Source: Schmidtea nova
Taxonomy: Eukaryota
NCBI GenBank assembly: GCA_044892505.1
Contig: CM097882.1
Location: forward strand, 230,956,596 to 231,014,000
DNA length: 57,405 nucleotides
Reading direction: 5' to 3'
Under the pieces are notes generated by a model, which ran no database searches, was not told where the DNA came from, and worked only from the letters and a program-made list of their open reading frames with translations. Within the stretch, counting starts at the first letter, position 1. The number at the start of each line of letters is the position of its first letter. The position numbers were made by a program, and so were the translations under genes. This document shows positions 11,256 to 20,850 of this stretch, in pieces.

Positions 11256-11717
11256 ATGGAGGAAAAACTGAAAGAAATCGAAGAATTTTTCAACACCGAG
11301 AACGATACATTTGAGACAGTCTGCGAAAAAATAACCCGAATAAGAGCATCCGAATATGAGGAACCTACGACACAAACTGAGGAAACAACTGAGTTAATAA
11401 AAATCATAGATAAAGTAAATAAACTCGATATAAATACGCGATATAAATGGTACAAAGCACGATTAGAGGATGCCGAGTTGAATATCAGATGCCGACATAT
11501 AGAACAGCAGTTAAACCTAACTTATAACCGATGGATGTCGCAAGGGGTCGAGGCAGCAAAACAATATAAACGATGTTACATATGTGAAGACAGTGAAATC
11601 CAAATAATGTTTCTACCATGCGGACATTTTCGATTTTGTAAAAACTGTGCGAATAAGTGTGATGAGTGCCCCATGTGCAATTTCTCTGTAACTGATAGAA
11701 TTGTAGTTTATTTATAA
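11256..11717 (+). CDS. 153-aa protein with a C-terminal IAP/MDM2-type RING finger, no BIR
   Basis: CYIC..IMFLPCGHFRFCKNCANKCDECPMC...RIVVYL at the extreme C-terminus. Confidence 0.85.
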   Translation: MEEKLKEIEEFFNTENDTFETVCEKITRIRASEYEEPTTQTEETTELIKIIDKVNKLDINTRYKWYKARLEDAELNIRCRHIEQQLNLTYNRWMSQGVEAAKQYKRCYICEDSEIQIMFLPCGHFRFCKNCANKCDECPMCNFSVTDRIVVYL

Positions 11718-12193
11718 TAAATATTTAGAGTGTGTTAATATATTGTATCGAATGACAAAGTCGGGGGAGCAATCAACAATGTTAATTAATTTTTGAGCTA
11801 CTGTCAAGTAGTCCGTTAAGCACCCATTGGGAGGTACCAGTTGATCAACCCACTCGGGGTATATAGAAAGGGGCCAATCGCAAATGTTGGAAAGCTTTTG
11901 TGATGTGATTGATCACCACATCCCGCATTAGTAGACCAACGCGATCTTTTTGTATATTTTGGTTGGGGAGAGAAATAGGGAAAACCACGATGAGTTAAGA
12001 TGCGCGCAGAGAAAATAATAAAAATTGAAGTAGAACTGATCAGCGAAAGAATTAGTAATAAAACAAAGAATCGAGGAATTATAAAGGAAAATAAGAGGTG
12101 CATAATCAGCTCGCATGAAATTGAGAGAACTCAGCTGAGAAATTGTAGTCGCTAGCGAAGTTAAGAATTACGATTAACCGGTTAAGGAAAATT

Positions 12194-12407
12194 TATTAGA
12201 ATTTGTCCCTTGAAACAAAGGGTTATCAGCGGTTTGTCCCTTGAAACAAAGGGTTATTAGAATTTGTCCCTTGAAACAAAGGGTTATCAGCGGTTTGTCC
12301 CTTGAAACAAAGGGTTATTAGAATTTGTCCCTTGAAACAAAGGGTTATCAGCGGTTTGTCCCTTGAAACAAAGGGTTATTAGAATTTGTCCCTTGAAACA
12401 AAGGGTT
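12194..12407 (+). repeat. Tandem array 1: 7 x 30/31-bp units (61-bp dimer)
   Basis: tttgtcccttgaaacaaagggttat followed alternately by tagaa or cagcgg. Confidence 0.95.
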
Positions 12408-12640
12408 GAGGCCAAAGAGCCATATTGAATGACCTAGCTAGGCGTTATTGAGAGATATGATTTAAGGCCAATAGAGCCATTTGAGATAATTGAGATATGA
12501 TTTAAGGCCAATAGAGCCATTTGAGATAATTGAGATATGATTTAAGGCCAATAGAGCCATTTGAGATAATGAGATATGAATTTGAGGCCATAAGAGCCAT
12601 TTGAGATAATTGATATTAATTTGAGGCCAAAGGAGCCAAT
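12408..12640 (+). repeat. Tandem array 2: ~40-bp units
   Basis: gagatatgatttaaggccaatagagccatttgagataatt, about 5 copies with degenerate ends. Confidence 0.9.
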
Positions 12641-12654
12641 AGGGATATCCGGAT

Positions 12655-12915
12655 ATATAGTAACGGAGGGAATATAAGCCCAGGGTTACAATTGTTGAGT
12701 AGCAACGGAGGGAATATAGGCCCAGGGTTGCAATTAGTTAAAATTAAAGGAAGATAGTAACGGAGGGAATATAGGCCCAGGGTTACAATCGTTTGAGTAG
12801 TAACGGAGGGAATATAGGCCCAGGGTTACAATCGTTTGAGTAGCAACGGAGGGAATATAGGCCCAGGGTTGCAAGTGATAAGAAATAACAACAGAGGGAA
12901 TATAGGCCCAGAGTT
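12655..12915 (+). repeat. Tandem array 3: ~43-bp units
   Basis: tag(t/c)aacggagggaatataggcccagggtt, about 6 copies. Confidence 0.9.
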
Positions 12916-13466
12916 GTGATCGTCGACGATAAGGAGAATAGTGCGCACCGATAAAAAGAGAAATGCGAGTAAAGCTGATTATGCGACCTAAAATAATGCA
13001 TGCAAGTAGAATTGAGAAATAGGAGCTGACCGGAAAGACCGGCAGAATTAATAATTAGAGGCTAGCAGAGAGAAAGATAAAGAGATGATAAAATAATAAT
13101 CGAGTCAAATGACTCAGGGAATTAGAGCGTTCGAACGACAAATAAATTGGGAGACCGCGGGAAAAATAATTGATGTATTTTAATAACCGATAGATAATTG
13201 TTATGACTAAATAGATAATTGTGACTAGTATATAGATAATTTAAATAGACTTAAATAAAGGGGAATCTGGGAATGGGGAAAAATAATAGAAACCCAGTAA
13301 TGAGAAGTCCCGTAAAAAGGGAATAAAAGCGCAACGATAACAATAGAGTATCGTTGAAGTGACATTTGTATTTTAGATAAATCAATCAAACCAAACCAAG
13401 CAACCAAGGAAGAAAAGAATCGGAATACGATAAGACAGGAAAATTGAGTATACAAAAGTAATCCCG

Positions 13467-16400
13467 TTGAGAAAAGGAGAAAAGAGTGTCATAATAAAAC
13501 CAGCAGAGAAGAAAGTCGACAGAAAAATCAACAAAGAGGACCCAAATAGTGTGGTAATAAAACCAGCAGAAAAGAATAAAGCTACCAAGAATAATAATCA
13601 GAAAGGCCCAAAAGGAAGTAAAGCAAGGCAGATAATAATACAAAAGTCGATTATCGAAAACGATAAATTATCAGTAACAAGCAACAGTTCAAGCAACAAA
13701 GAAAATCAAGCAGAACCCGAGAGAAACCCAATAAGTGAAATAGAAGTCGACAAAACCAACAACGATTATATAGAAGAAATAGAAGACGAAGTAGAACAAG
13801 AAACAGAAAGTGACGATACCGATAACGATAGTAAAGCATCAGATAACGAATCAACAAAAGAAACTGAGATCGACCGAAATTCGAGTGACGAACCTAACAG
13901 TGAACTAGAAACAAGAGGAAACGAAAGTAAAATAACTACAGACAGCGGAATCGAAATGAGCGAACCAAGAGAAGAGATAAAAGACAAATTTTCCGGAGAA
14001 CCGTTTAATGGAGATGCGAGTAAATTGGAAACTTTCTTAAAAGAATTTGGCATATTCGTGGAAGTATGCAAGTGGAAACCAGAAACAACTATAAGCAGAA
14101 TTCAGCTATATTTAAAAGATAGCGCATTAGATCTATATTTGGAAGCAAAAAATGGAATTAATCCACCTACAAGTTGGTCAGCGATAAAGGACTTTTTCCA
14201 ACAAACCTTCGGAATAAACAAAGTATTGAATGAGGCATTTACGGAATTCTCAATGAGGAAACAAAAGATAAATGAATCGAATGCGGTATATGCAAGCGAA
14301 TTAAAAAAGTTAGCAAAGTTGATTTTCAATCAAGACAGCCCAATAAATGAGGAGTTAATGGCAGCTATCTTTGTGGGAGGATTAAGAAGACCCGACATAA
14401 GAGCGCAAGTTGGATGTCAAGGGTGTAAAACTATTGACCAAGCATTAGAAACAGCTAATAGATTTGAACTACACATGATAGGAAATGACGGTAGAATCTA
14501 TTTAGCTATGGATACAGCACAAAACGAACAAGAAGTGAACCTGAATAACCACATTCCAAATTCACAACAATTAAACCGACCACCACCGCAACGAAGGAAT
14601 GAAGGGAATAAAGTATCAAATTACGGAAATCAAAACAATTACAACCCCCAAGGACCAACGAAACAATGCAAAACATGTGGGAAATTGGGACATTGGCAAC
14701 AAGAATGTTATCAGAACTTGAATTGTGGAAAATGTGGAGTAAAAGGACATTCAGAGAGCAGATGTTATACAATAACCTGTTTTAATTGTGGACGACCTGG
14801 ACACCTATCAAGAAAGTGCGGACAAAGAAGCAATCAACGAGGAAACTGGCAGAATATTGGAAACCGACCAAACTATGGAAACCAACCAACTGGTGGAAAC
14901 CAACCGAATTATGGGAATCAGCCAAATAATGGAAACCGACCGGAATACGGAAACCAGCAAAATAATAATAATAACCAAAATAAAAACACCACTAAAGAGA
15001 TACATTTAATGCAAGAGGTTCAAAGATTGACGGAGCTGATAAACAATACAAACAGAGGAAATCCGCAAACAGGTCAACAACAAATCAACATGATGAGAAA
15101 AATAGAAAGCGAAAACGAACGATTGAATCGGGAAAGCCAAGCACGACATGCTCAGGAATGGGCAAGAATACAAAGAGAAGAGGAACAAAAACAGCAAGAA
15201 AGAGAACGACAACCTCTAAGAATTAATATGATGAGAGCAACCAATCAAACAAATACCCACGAGAAAGAGACGGTGCCAGAAATAAATCCAACAAACCTGA
15301 ATCCAACCAATAACGAAAGTCGAAAAGAAATAGTACCAGGAAGCGAAGAAGTAGAAAAAGAAATAGAGAAGGAAGTGGAAACAGAGGTAAACCAGGAAGA
15401 GAAAAAAAAGATTTGGAAAAAGGGAATGATGGTAATCCTGCCAAACGGTCATATGTTTCGATTCCAATACAACATAAAGGAAGAAATAGGAATATTGTTC
15501 AACAAAGTAAATGAAATGGCTCCAGGAGTAACGAAACTGCCCAGAGAAGCATTCCTAAAAATAGAAGGTGCACCAGAAGTAAAATTGAAATTAACAGATA
15601 CATGGGAAAACATGGGAGTAGTAGAAACAAAAAGAAATGTGATGGTAATCAAAGAAATAGAACCAGAAGGAATTCCACCGCCAGTGCGTCACGAAACACG
15701 AATCAGTCGAATATTTAAAGGGAAAATGATACGAAGACGGTTGGGAGAAATAGACGAGTTGGAACGAAAAATGAGAAAGGTCGAAGTAGTAGACGATGAG
15801 AGTAAATCAACACAAAAAACTATCGAAAATGAAACGAAACCAACGGAAAATACACCAAGTGAAATCAACCAAATAAAACACATTAACATGTTGAGAGGCC
15901 AGGCAAAGAATTTTTCAGACGACGAAGAGGATAGTGACGTCAGTAGTCTAGCCGGAGACATGCTAAACGAACCGGAAATTGAAGACAAAAAGATAGAAGT
16001 AGTAAAGACACAAGGAACTATTCAAGTAAAAGAAGACGAGATCCAGAAATTATTAGATAATACGCTAGAAGTAATATATAATGAGGAATTCATTGACAAG
16101 AAACACTATAGAAAATTCATGAGAGCGATATTACAAATGAACTATAAAGAGTGGTTACCAGGCCGGGAAGTAGAAACACTAACCCAATACGTAGGAAAAT
16201 TATTAAAAGAACCACTCCATGAATATATAATCCTAATAGAGATAAAAACATGTTTGCCAAGGATTTGGATCAAAACTCCACTCACGGAAGATATTTACCA
16301 ATGGGTAGAAGACAGATTAGGGAGCTCGTATAAGAACAAATTCCTCTATTCACAGAATGGACTAGTAAAGAAAAGGACGCATTTGATAGAAACAGGCATA

Positions 16401-19400
16401 TGGCCAGGAGAGGTGACAACATTATCGATATGCGATGATAAGAGAGAAGAGAACATACAAGAAGTAGCAAAGGAAGCGAATACGTGTTTCGAGAAGAAGA
16501 TAAAACCACGGTCAGAATATGAGAAAGGACGAATCTTACGAGGAAATCTAAACTCCATGATAGAACAAATCATCCCACAAATCAAAAAACATAGGAAGGA
16601 GTTAATGAGAAGCGAATACGAGAAGTTGAAACGATGTATCGAGTGCATACGTGACACAAGTCACACGAGATGGTCACAGATCTCATACGGAAAAGTAATT
16701 GCAAAAATGGGAAAAGCAATGTTCAGACAAGGGAAAATAACAGATCTGAAAATTGCAGTAGAGTTACCTAATGAGGATACCAAAGAAATTGAAGTGGTAG
16801 CAGACTGTACCATAAAAGAATTAGTAAATGTCCTCAACGAGACACTATTACAAAGAGAACCAGAAGAAGAATGGGAAGATGACATAATCATGAAATATAA
16901 TGAACATGTATTATGGGATCACGATGAAAGACGGCTATATAAAATTGGTATATGGGATAATCACCAAACCATCCACGTTATCAGAATGGACGATAAACCA
17001 AGAGAAACTGCTAAAGATGAGAAAAGAGAACGGGAACGACAAAAAGAAGTTGTGCATAAATTACAACAAATAGTAGACATCTATCGAAATTGGCGGATTT
17101 GGCCAGAATGGGAAGATGTATTAGAAGAACTCAATCTCAACAGACGATTACGAAAACCTGTAGAAAAACAATGGAACGAACGAGGAAAATGTTGGGAACC
17201 AAAAGCAGGCGAATACGAAGAGGAATACGAAATAGGCATAGAAGACGATCACAAACCGGAAACCGGAAGAGTCTGTATGGTAACAAGAAAAGCCATGCCA
17301 GCGGATTTAGACGGACCTGAAACAACAACCATGTGGTTGGAAAGAGAGAAACAAAAAACAGAAGAATTTGTCGAAATATTAAAAACCAATGCGCACGGCA
17401 AGAGAAAAGTAGTAAAAGGTCTCGCAGATTTTTTCGTAGTTAATGGAGAAGACATAACATGCTTTCGTAAAGTAGCAAAAGCAATCGCCGAATACAAAAG
17501 AGTTAACGAGTGGTGTCCAGAACAATTGGATCACGTAATTAAAAAATGGAGAAACCAAGAATTCTCGCAGGAATCGCCACAGAAAGTACACCTAAGAATA
17601 GTATATCCGAACCAAGAAAAGGAAGAGTTTTGGGTAGGGATAGCGGAGAAAGTTCGAGACATTAAAAGGAAATTGAGATATGAACCACCATTCCATTTAC
17701 AACACCAAGGACGATCATTAGATAACAGCTTAGAAATTGGAATAACGCCAGCGCAATTAGATATCGCAAATACATTGACAGTGGCAGCAATAGCAGGCCA
17801 ACCATTAAAATTGAAAGAGGAAAAGAAACCAAAAGGAAGTATGAGTACGCCGAGCCCAATGAAATCGGTAATGACTCCAGGAACAAGCTCAGAACAAGCT
17901 AGAACAACACCAAGAGAGACAAGAGAAAGAACACCACCAGAACCATACGATGTAGACGAAATTTTTACAGATAGCGATGATATGTTAGAGGAGTTAATAG
18001 AGCTAACAAAAGAGAAAGATGATAATATTTTCGAAAGAATTCAAGAATTACCAACAGCAATACCGGTAACCAACACCGAAGATGAAGTTGAACAAGAAAT
18101 AATCATCGAAGAAGTAAATGAAATAGCAGAAGAGGAAGCAAGGAGGGCAAATGTAGAAAATGTACAATTCACACAAGAAATGGAAAGATGGTTAGAAGAA
18201 AGAGCCAATGAACCAAGAGACGTCACAGAAGAAACTGGACGAGAAACAAGATTAGTAGAAACGGGCACGACAATGGACAAACGACCTAGAGGTAGACCCA
18301 AGATGGATCCAGCAAATGTAATTATAAAATCAAGAGAGGAAAAAAGACGGGATCAATGGGATTTGTGTCTAAAGAAACTAAATAAAATAGCCGAAACGAA
18401 AGAAAAAGAAACAACACAAACATACCAAGGCGAGGAATGGATATCAAAGATGTTAATGGAAATACTGGCAATAATCGATCCGGAATTAAAGAAATGGTGG
18501 AGAATAAACGAAATAAGCGAAAGGGCGAAATCACTGCATAGCGCCATCGCACCAATCCTACCAGAATTAATAAAAGAGAAGACAAGGTCAAACCACCTAG
18601 ATTGGCAAGGAACCACGATGTTGATAAAGAAGTTAACGGAAGGAGCAGAGACGGATAACAAATATTTAATAGCTATGGCATACACCATTTACAATCTGCT
18701 GACACTGAGTAGAGGTCGACTGAAACCCACAGCACTTGAAAGACATATAAAGAATACAGCCAAAATTATAGAGAAGGAAATAGAACCGTACATCATCAAT
18801 AAAGGAGGATGGGAGACATTCACAAAAACAAACCAAAAGAAAAACCAATCCAAAAATATGAAAAAGAAATTCGAAGAGATATTGGGAGAATTGGAAAAGG
18901 AAAAGTCGGGAACAGGAAACGGGAAATCATCACTAAACTTGAGTTCTATTATTATGATGATGTTAATATGGATGATTAGTACTGACGGCGCAACAGCATT
19001 TGAAGTATTCGATTGCGATCAAATGGCATTAGGTGAAAAATACTCATTACGAGGGACAGAACAATGTAAAGACGCAACCCCAACGGAGCTAAAAACATTA
19101 AAAAAGAGACAATTATACCACGTATATCAGGAAGCTGAACTGATAAGAACAATGGTCAGGGAATGCAAAGTTTATAAAACCAGATTTGCTTTTTATTGTG
19201 GACACCGCCATTATTCAGCAATCGTGATGCCAGGAACGGAAAGAGAATCAGTAATGCTGCAAGGAGAAGACTGTGAAAAATTATTCAAACATGGAGAAGT
19301 AGAGACCAGAGATAGAGTAAAGATAAGAGGAAAAACGGGAGTAATATTACAACAAACATACTATGTAGCAGGAGCTATTACGGGAGGAGAAGGGTATTGT

Positions 19401-20147
19401 CAAGGAGCAACATATCCAATATTCGGAGTAGCAGCAACAAACCTAGTAGTAATAGATACGTATACAGTGGAATTAAAAACGTACGAGGCATTCTTCGACC
19501 CAACAACGGGAGAAATGAAAACTCTACCAATGTGCAAAATCGAGTCAAACACGTGTCAGACTGGTATGTCAACCTTAACATACCAGATACGAGGAAAGGA
19601 ATGTCAACTACAACTGTTAAAGGAAGCAGAATTCGATGAGATACAAGGGAAAACCTTCCAAGAGGAAGAAGAAGACGAGGCAGCAAGAGGAAAAATACTT
19701 CAAGACACCGTACGAGGAGAGAAAAAGATTGAAACACGAACACAAGAAAAGCAAATCAAAATGAGAAATACACCAACGGTACTAATTACCTCCGATGCAG
19801 ATATCGGAATGAGATTTGTAAAAGGTAAAACAGCCTTGAAATGCGGAGTAGCCATGTTGGAAACCAACTACCCCGGCATTTTTGTATCAAAACAAGAAGT
19901 ACCTAGTGCGAAACGCAAAGTGCACACGAACGATGTTAAATTACACCTTTACATGAATAATAAAATGGATTTTCTGTTCCATAGAGGACAAGCGTCACTA
20001 CAAAAAGTGTATTACGATTTAATTAACAACGACTGCATACTAAATAGGGAAATATTAAAGACAAAACTAGCAGTAGCAATCACAAACCCGGATAGTGCAA
20101 TGCCATTATTACCATTGAGAGAAGGTCATTTTGGAAGGGTAGTCTGA
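13467..20147 (+). CDS. gag: Polyprotein part 1: Gag (CA + 3 CCHC), Ubl-like modules, AT-hook, Bcl-2-like domain, signal peptide and N-half of fusion glycoprotein
   Basis: Capsid-like FNGDASKLETFL..IFVGGLR and three CX2CX4HX4C knuckles at 14667-14819. The true start is unresolved (first in-frame ATG 13956). Ends at TGA in frame with the next ORF. Confidence 0.9.
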   Translation: MRKGEKSVIIKPAEKKVDRKINKEDPNSVVIKPAEKNKATKNNNQKGPKGSKARQIIIQKSIIENDKLSVTSNSSSNKENQAEPERNPISEIEVDKTNNDYIEEIEDEVEQETESDDTDNDSKASDNESTKETEIDRNSSDEPNSELETRGNESKITTDSGIEMSEPREEIKDKFSGEPFNGDASKLETFLKEFGIFVEVCKWKPETTISRIQLYLKDSALDLYLEAKNGINPPTSWSAIKDFFQQTFGINKVLNEAFTEFSMRKQKINESNAVYASELKKLAKLIFNQDSPINEELMAAIFVGGLRRPDIRAQVGCQGCKTIDQALETANRFELHMIGNDGRIYLAMDTAQNEQEVNLNNHIPNSQQLNRPPPQRRNEGNKVSNYGNQNNYNPQGPTKQCKTCGKLGHWQQECYQNLNCGKCGVKGHSESRCYTITCFNCGRPGHLSRKCGQRSNQRGNWQNIGNRPNYGNQPTGGNQPNYGNQPNNGNRPEYGNQQNNNNNQNKNTTKEIHLMQEVQRLTELINNTNRGNPQTGQQQINMMRKIESENERLNRESQARHAQEWARIQREEEQKQQERERQPLRINMMRATNQTNTHEKETVPEINPTNLNPTNNESRKEIVPGSEEVEKEIEKEVETEVNQEEKKKIWKKGMMVILPNGHMFRFQYNIKEEIGILFNKVNEMAPGVTKLPREAFLKIEGAPEVKLKLTDTWENMGVVETKRNVMVIKEIEPEGIPPPVRHETRISRIFKGKMIRRRLGEIDELERKMRKVEVVDDESKSTQKTIENETKPTENTPSEINQIKHINMLRGQAKNFSDDEEDSDVSSLAGDMLNEPEIEDKKIEVVKTQGTIQVKEDEIQKLLDNTLEVIYNEEFIDKKHYRKFMRAILQMNYKEWLPGREVETLTQYVGKLLKEPLHEYIILIEIKTCLPRIWIKTPLTEDIYQWVEDRLGSSYKNKFLYSQNGLVKKRTHLIETGIWPGEVTTLSICDDKREENIQEVAKEANTCFEKKIKPRSEYEKGRILRGNLNSMIEQIIPQIKKHRKELMRSEYEKLKRCIECIRDTSHTRWSQISYGKVIAKMGKAMFRQGKITDLKIAVELPNEDTKEIEVVADCTIKELVNVLNETLLQREPEEEWEDDIIMKYNEHVLWDHDERRLYKIGIWDNHQTIHVIRMDDKPRETAKDEKRERERQKEVVHKLQQIVDIYRNWRIWPEWEDVLEELNLNRRLRKPVEKQWNERGKCWEPKAGEYEEEYEIGIEDDHKPETGRVCMVTRKAMPADLDGPETTTMWLEREKQKTEEFVEILKTNAHGKRKVVKGLADFFVVNGEDITCFRKVAKAIAEYKRVNEWCPEQLDHVIKKWRNQEFSQESPQKVHLRIVYPNQEKEEFWVGIAEKVRDIKRKLRYEPPFHLQHQGRSLDNSLEIGITPAQLDIANTLTVAAIAGQPLKLKEEKKPKGSMSTPSPMKSVMTPGTSSEQARTTPRETRERTPPEPYDVDEIFTDSDDMLEELIELTKEKDDNIFERIQELPTAIPVTNTEDEVEQEIIIEEVNEIAEEEARRANVENVQFTQEMERWLEERANEPRDVTEETGRETRLVETGTTMDKRPRGRPKMDPANVIIKSREEKRRDQWDLCLKKLNKIAETKEKETTQTYQGEEWISKMLMEILAIIDPELKKWWRINEISERAKSLHSAIAPILPELIKEKTRSNHLDWQGTTMLIKKLTEGAETDNKYLIAMAYTIYNLLTLSRGRLKPTALERHIKNTAKIIEKEIEPYIINKGGWETFTKTNQKKNQSKNMKKKFEEILGELEKEKSGTGNGKSSLNLSSIIMMMLIWMISTDGATAFEVFDCDQMALGEKYSLRGTEQCKDATPTELKTLKKRQLYHVYQEAELIRTMVRECKVYKTRFAFYCGHRHYSAIVMPGTERESVMLQGEDCEKLFKHGEVETRDRVKIRGKTGVILQQTYYVAGAITGGEGYCQGATYPIFGVAATNLVVIDTYTVELKTYEAFFDPTTGEMKTLPMCKIESNTCQTGMSTLTYQIRGKECQLQLLKEAEFDEIQGKTFQEEEEDEAARGKILQDTVRGEKKIETRTQEKQIKMRNTPTVLITSDADIGMRFVKGKTALKCGVAMLETNYPGIFVSKQEVPSAKRKVHTNDVKLHLYMNNKMDFLFHRGQASLQKVYYDLINNDCILNREILKTKLAVAITNPDSAMPLLPLREGHFGRVV
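18350..18830 (+). other. Bcl-2-like domain in the polyprotein
   Basis: Helical domain ending EIEPYIINKGGWETF (BH2-like WI..xGGW..F), with a weak BH1-like LDWQGTTMLI. Confidence 0.55.
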
Positions 20148-20850
20148 GAGGTCATGTATGTATACATATGTAAAAAGACAAACGCGAAAGTAGCGACAAT
20201 GACAAAATTACAACCAGGTCAGTGTACTAACGAACTAGAAATCGAATATAAAGGGAAAGTGAGATATGTACAACCAGTGACAAGAATCATAAATCCAATA
20301 AGCTTCGAACCAAATCCTTTCAATTGCAGCAACGCATATGGACCACTATACCAAAGGCCAGACGGGAATTGGGTTATGTTTCCGTCAAGAACAGAGGTAC
20401 CAGCACCAAGAGAATTTGAATTAATGCAACTATCAAAAGGAAGAAAATTTAAAGACGTAGATGTAAGCAATATGGGATTCTATAGTGCAAAAGATTTAGA
20501 GGCAGCAAGACAAAACATACTATTTCCAGCAAGACGAGAAGCGGTGTTATCCAGTATTGTAACAATAACAGGAGGAACAAATTACCAAGGTGGACCAAAT
20601 TACGAATTATTATTGTCACCAGCCCACTTTAAGAAGGCAACGGAAAACATGATGAAAGCGATGTGGGGAAGATTTTTAATATTTGGACAAATGATGGCAG
20701 GAATACTTGGTGTTATACTAATTATACAAATAATACGGGTAATAATAACGCAAATGTTAGCCTGTTTTGACATCTATAAAAGAGAAAAGAAAGTAAATTG
20801 GAAATTGGTGGTAGGATTCTTACCATTTTTGGCTAAAACAATGGTATTAC
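18933..20850 (+). other. env: Env: chuvirus-like (class III, gB-related) fusion glycoprotein with internal signal peptide and TM
   Basis: SSIIMMMLIWMISTDGATA followed by FEVFDC..YSL..C, FYCGHRHYS, G.CQGATY, CG..LETNYPGIF, (G)EVMY..C and C.NEL...Y. TM FLIFGQMMAGILGVILIIQII at ~20673-20770. Confidence 0.8.

Noticed and set aside
12194-12915. CRISPR-like look of the regular repeats
   Set aside because: The linkers alternate between two fixed sequences rather than being unique spacers, there are no cas genes, and the context is a eukaryotic retroelement.
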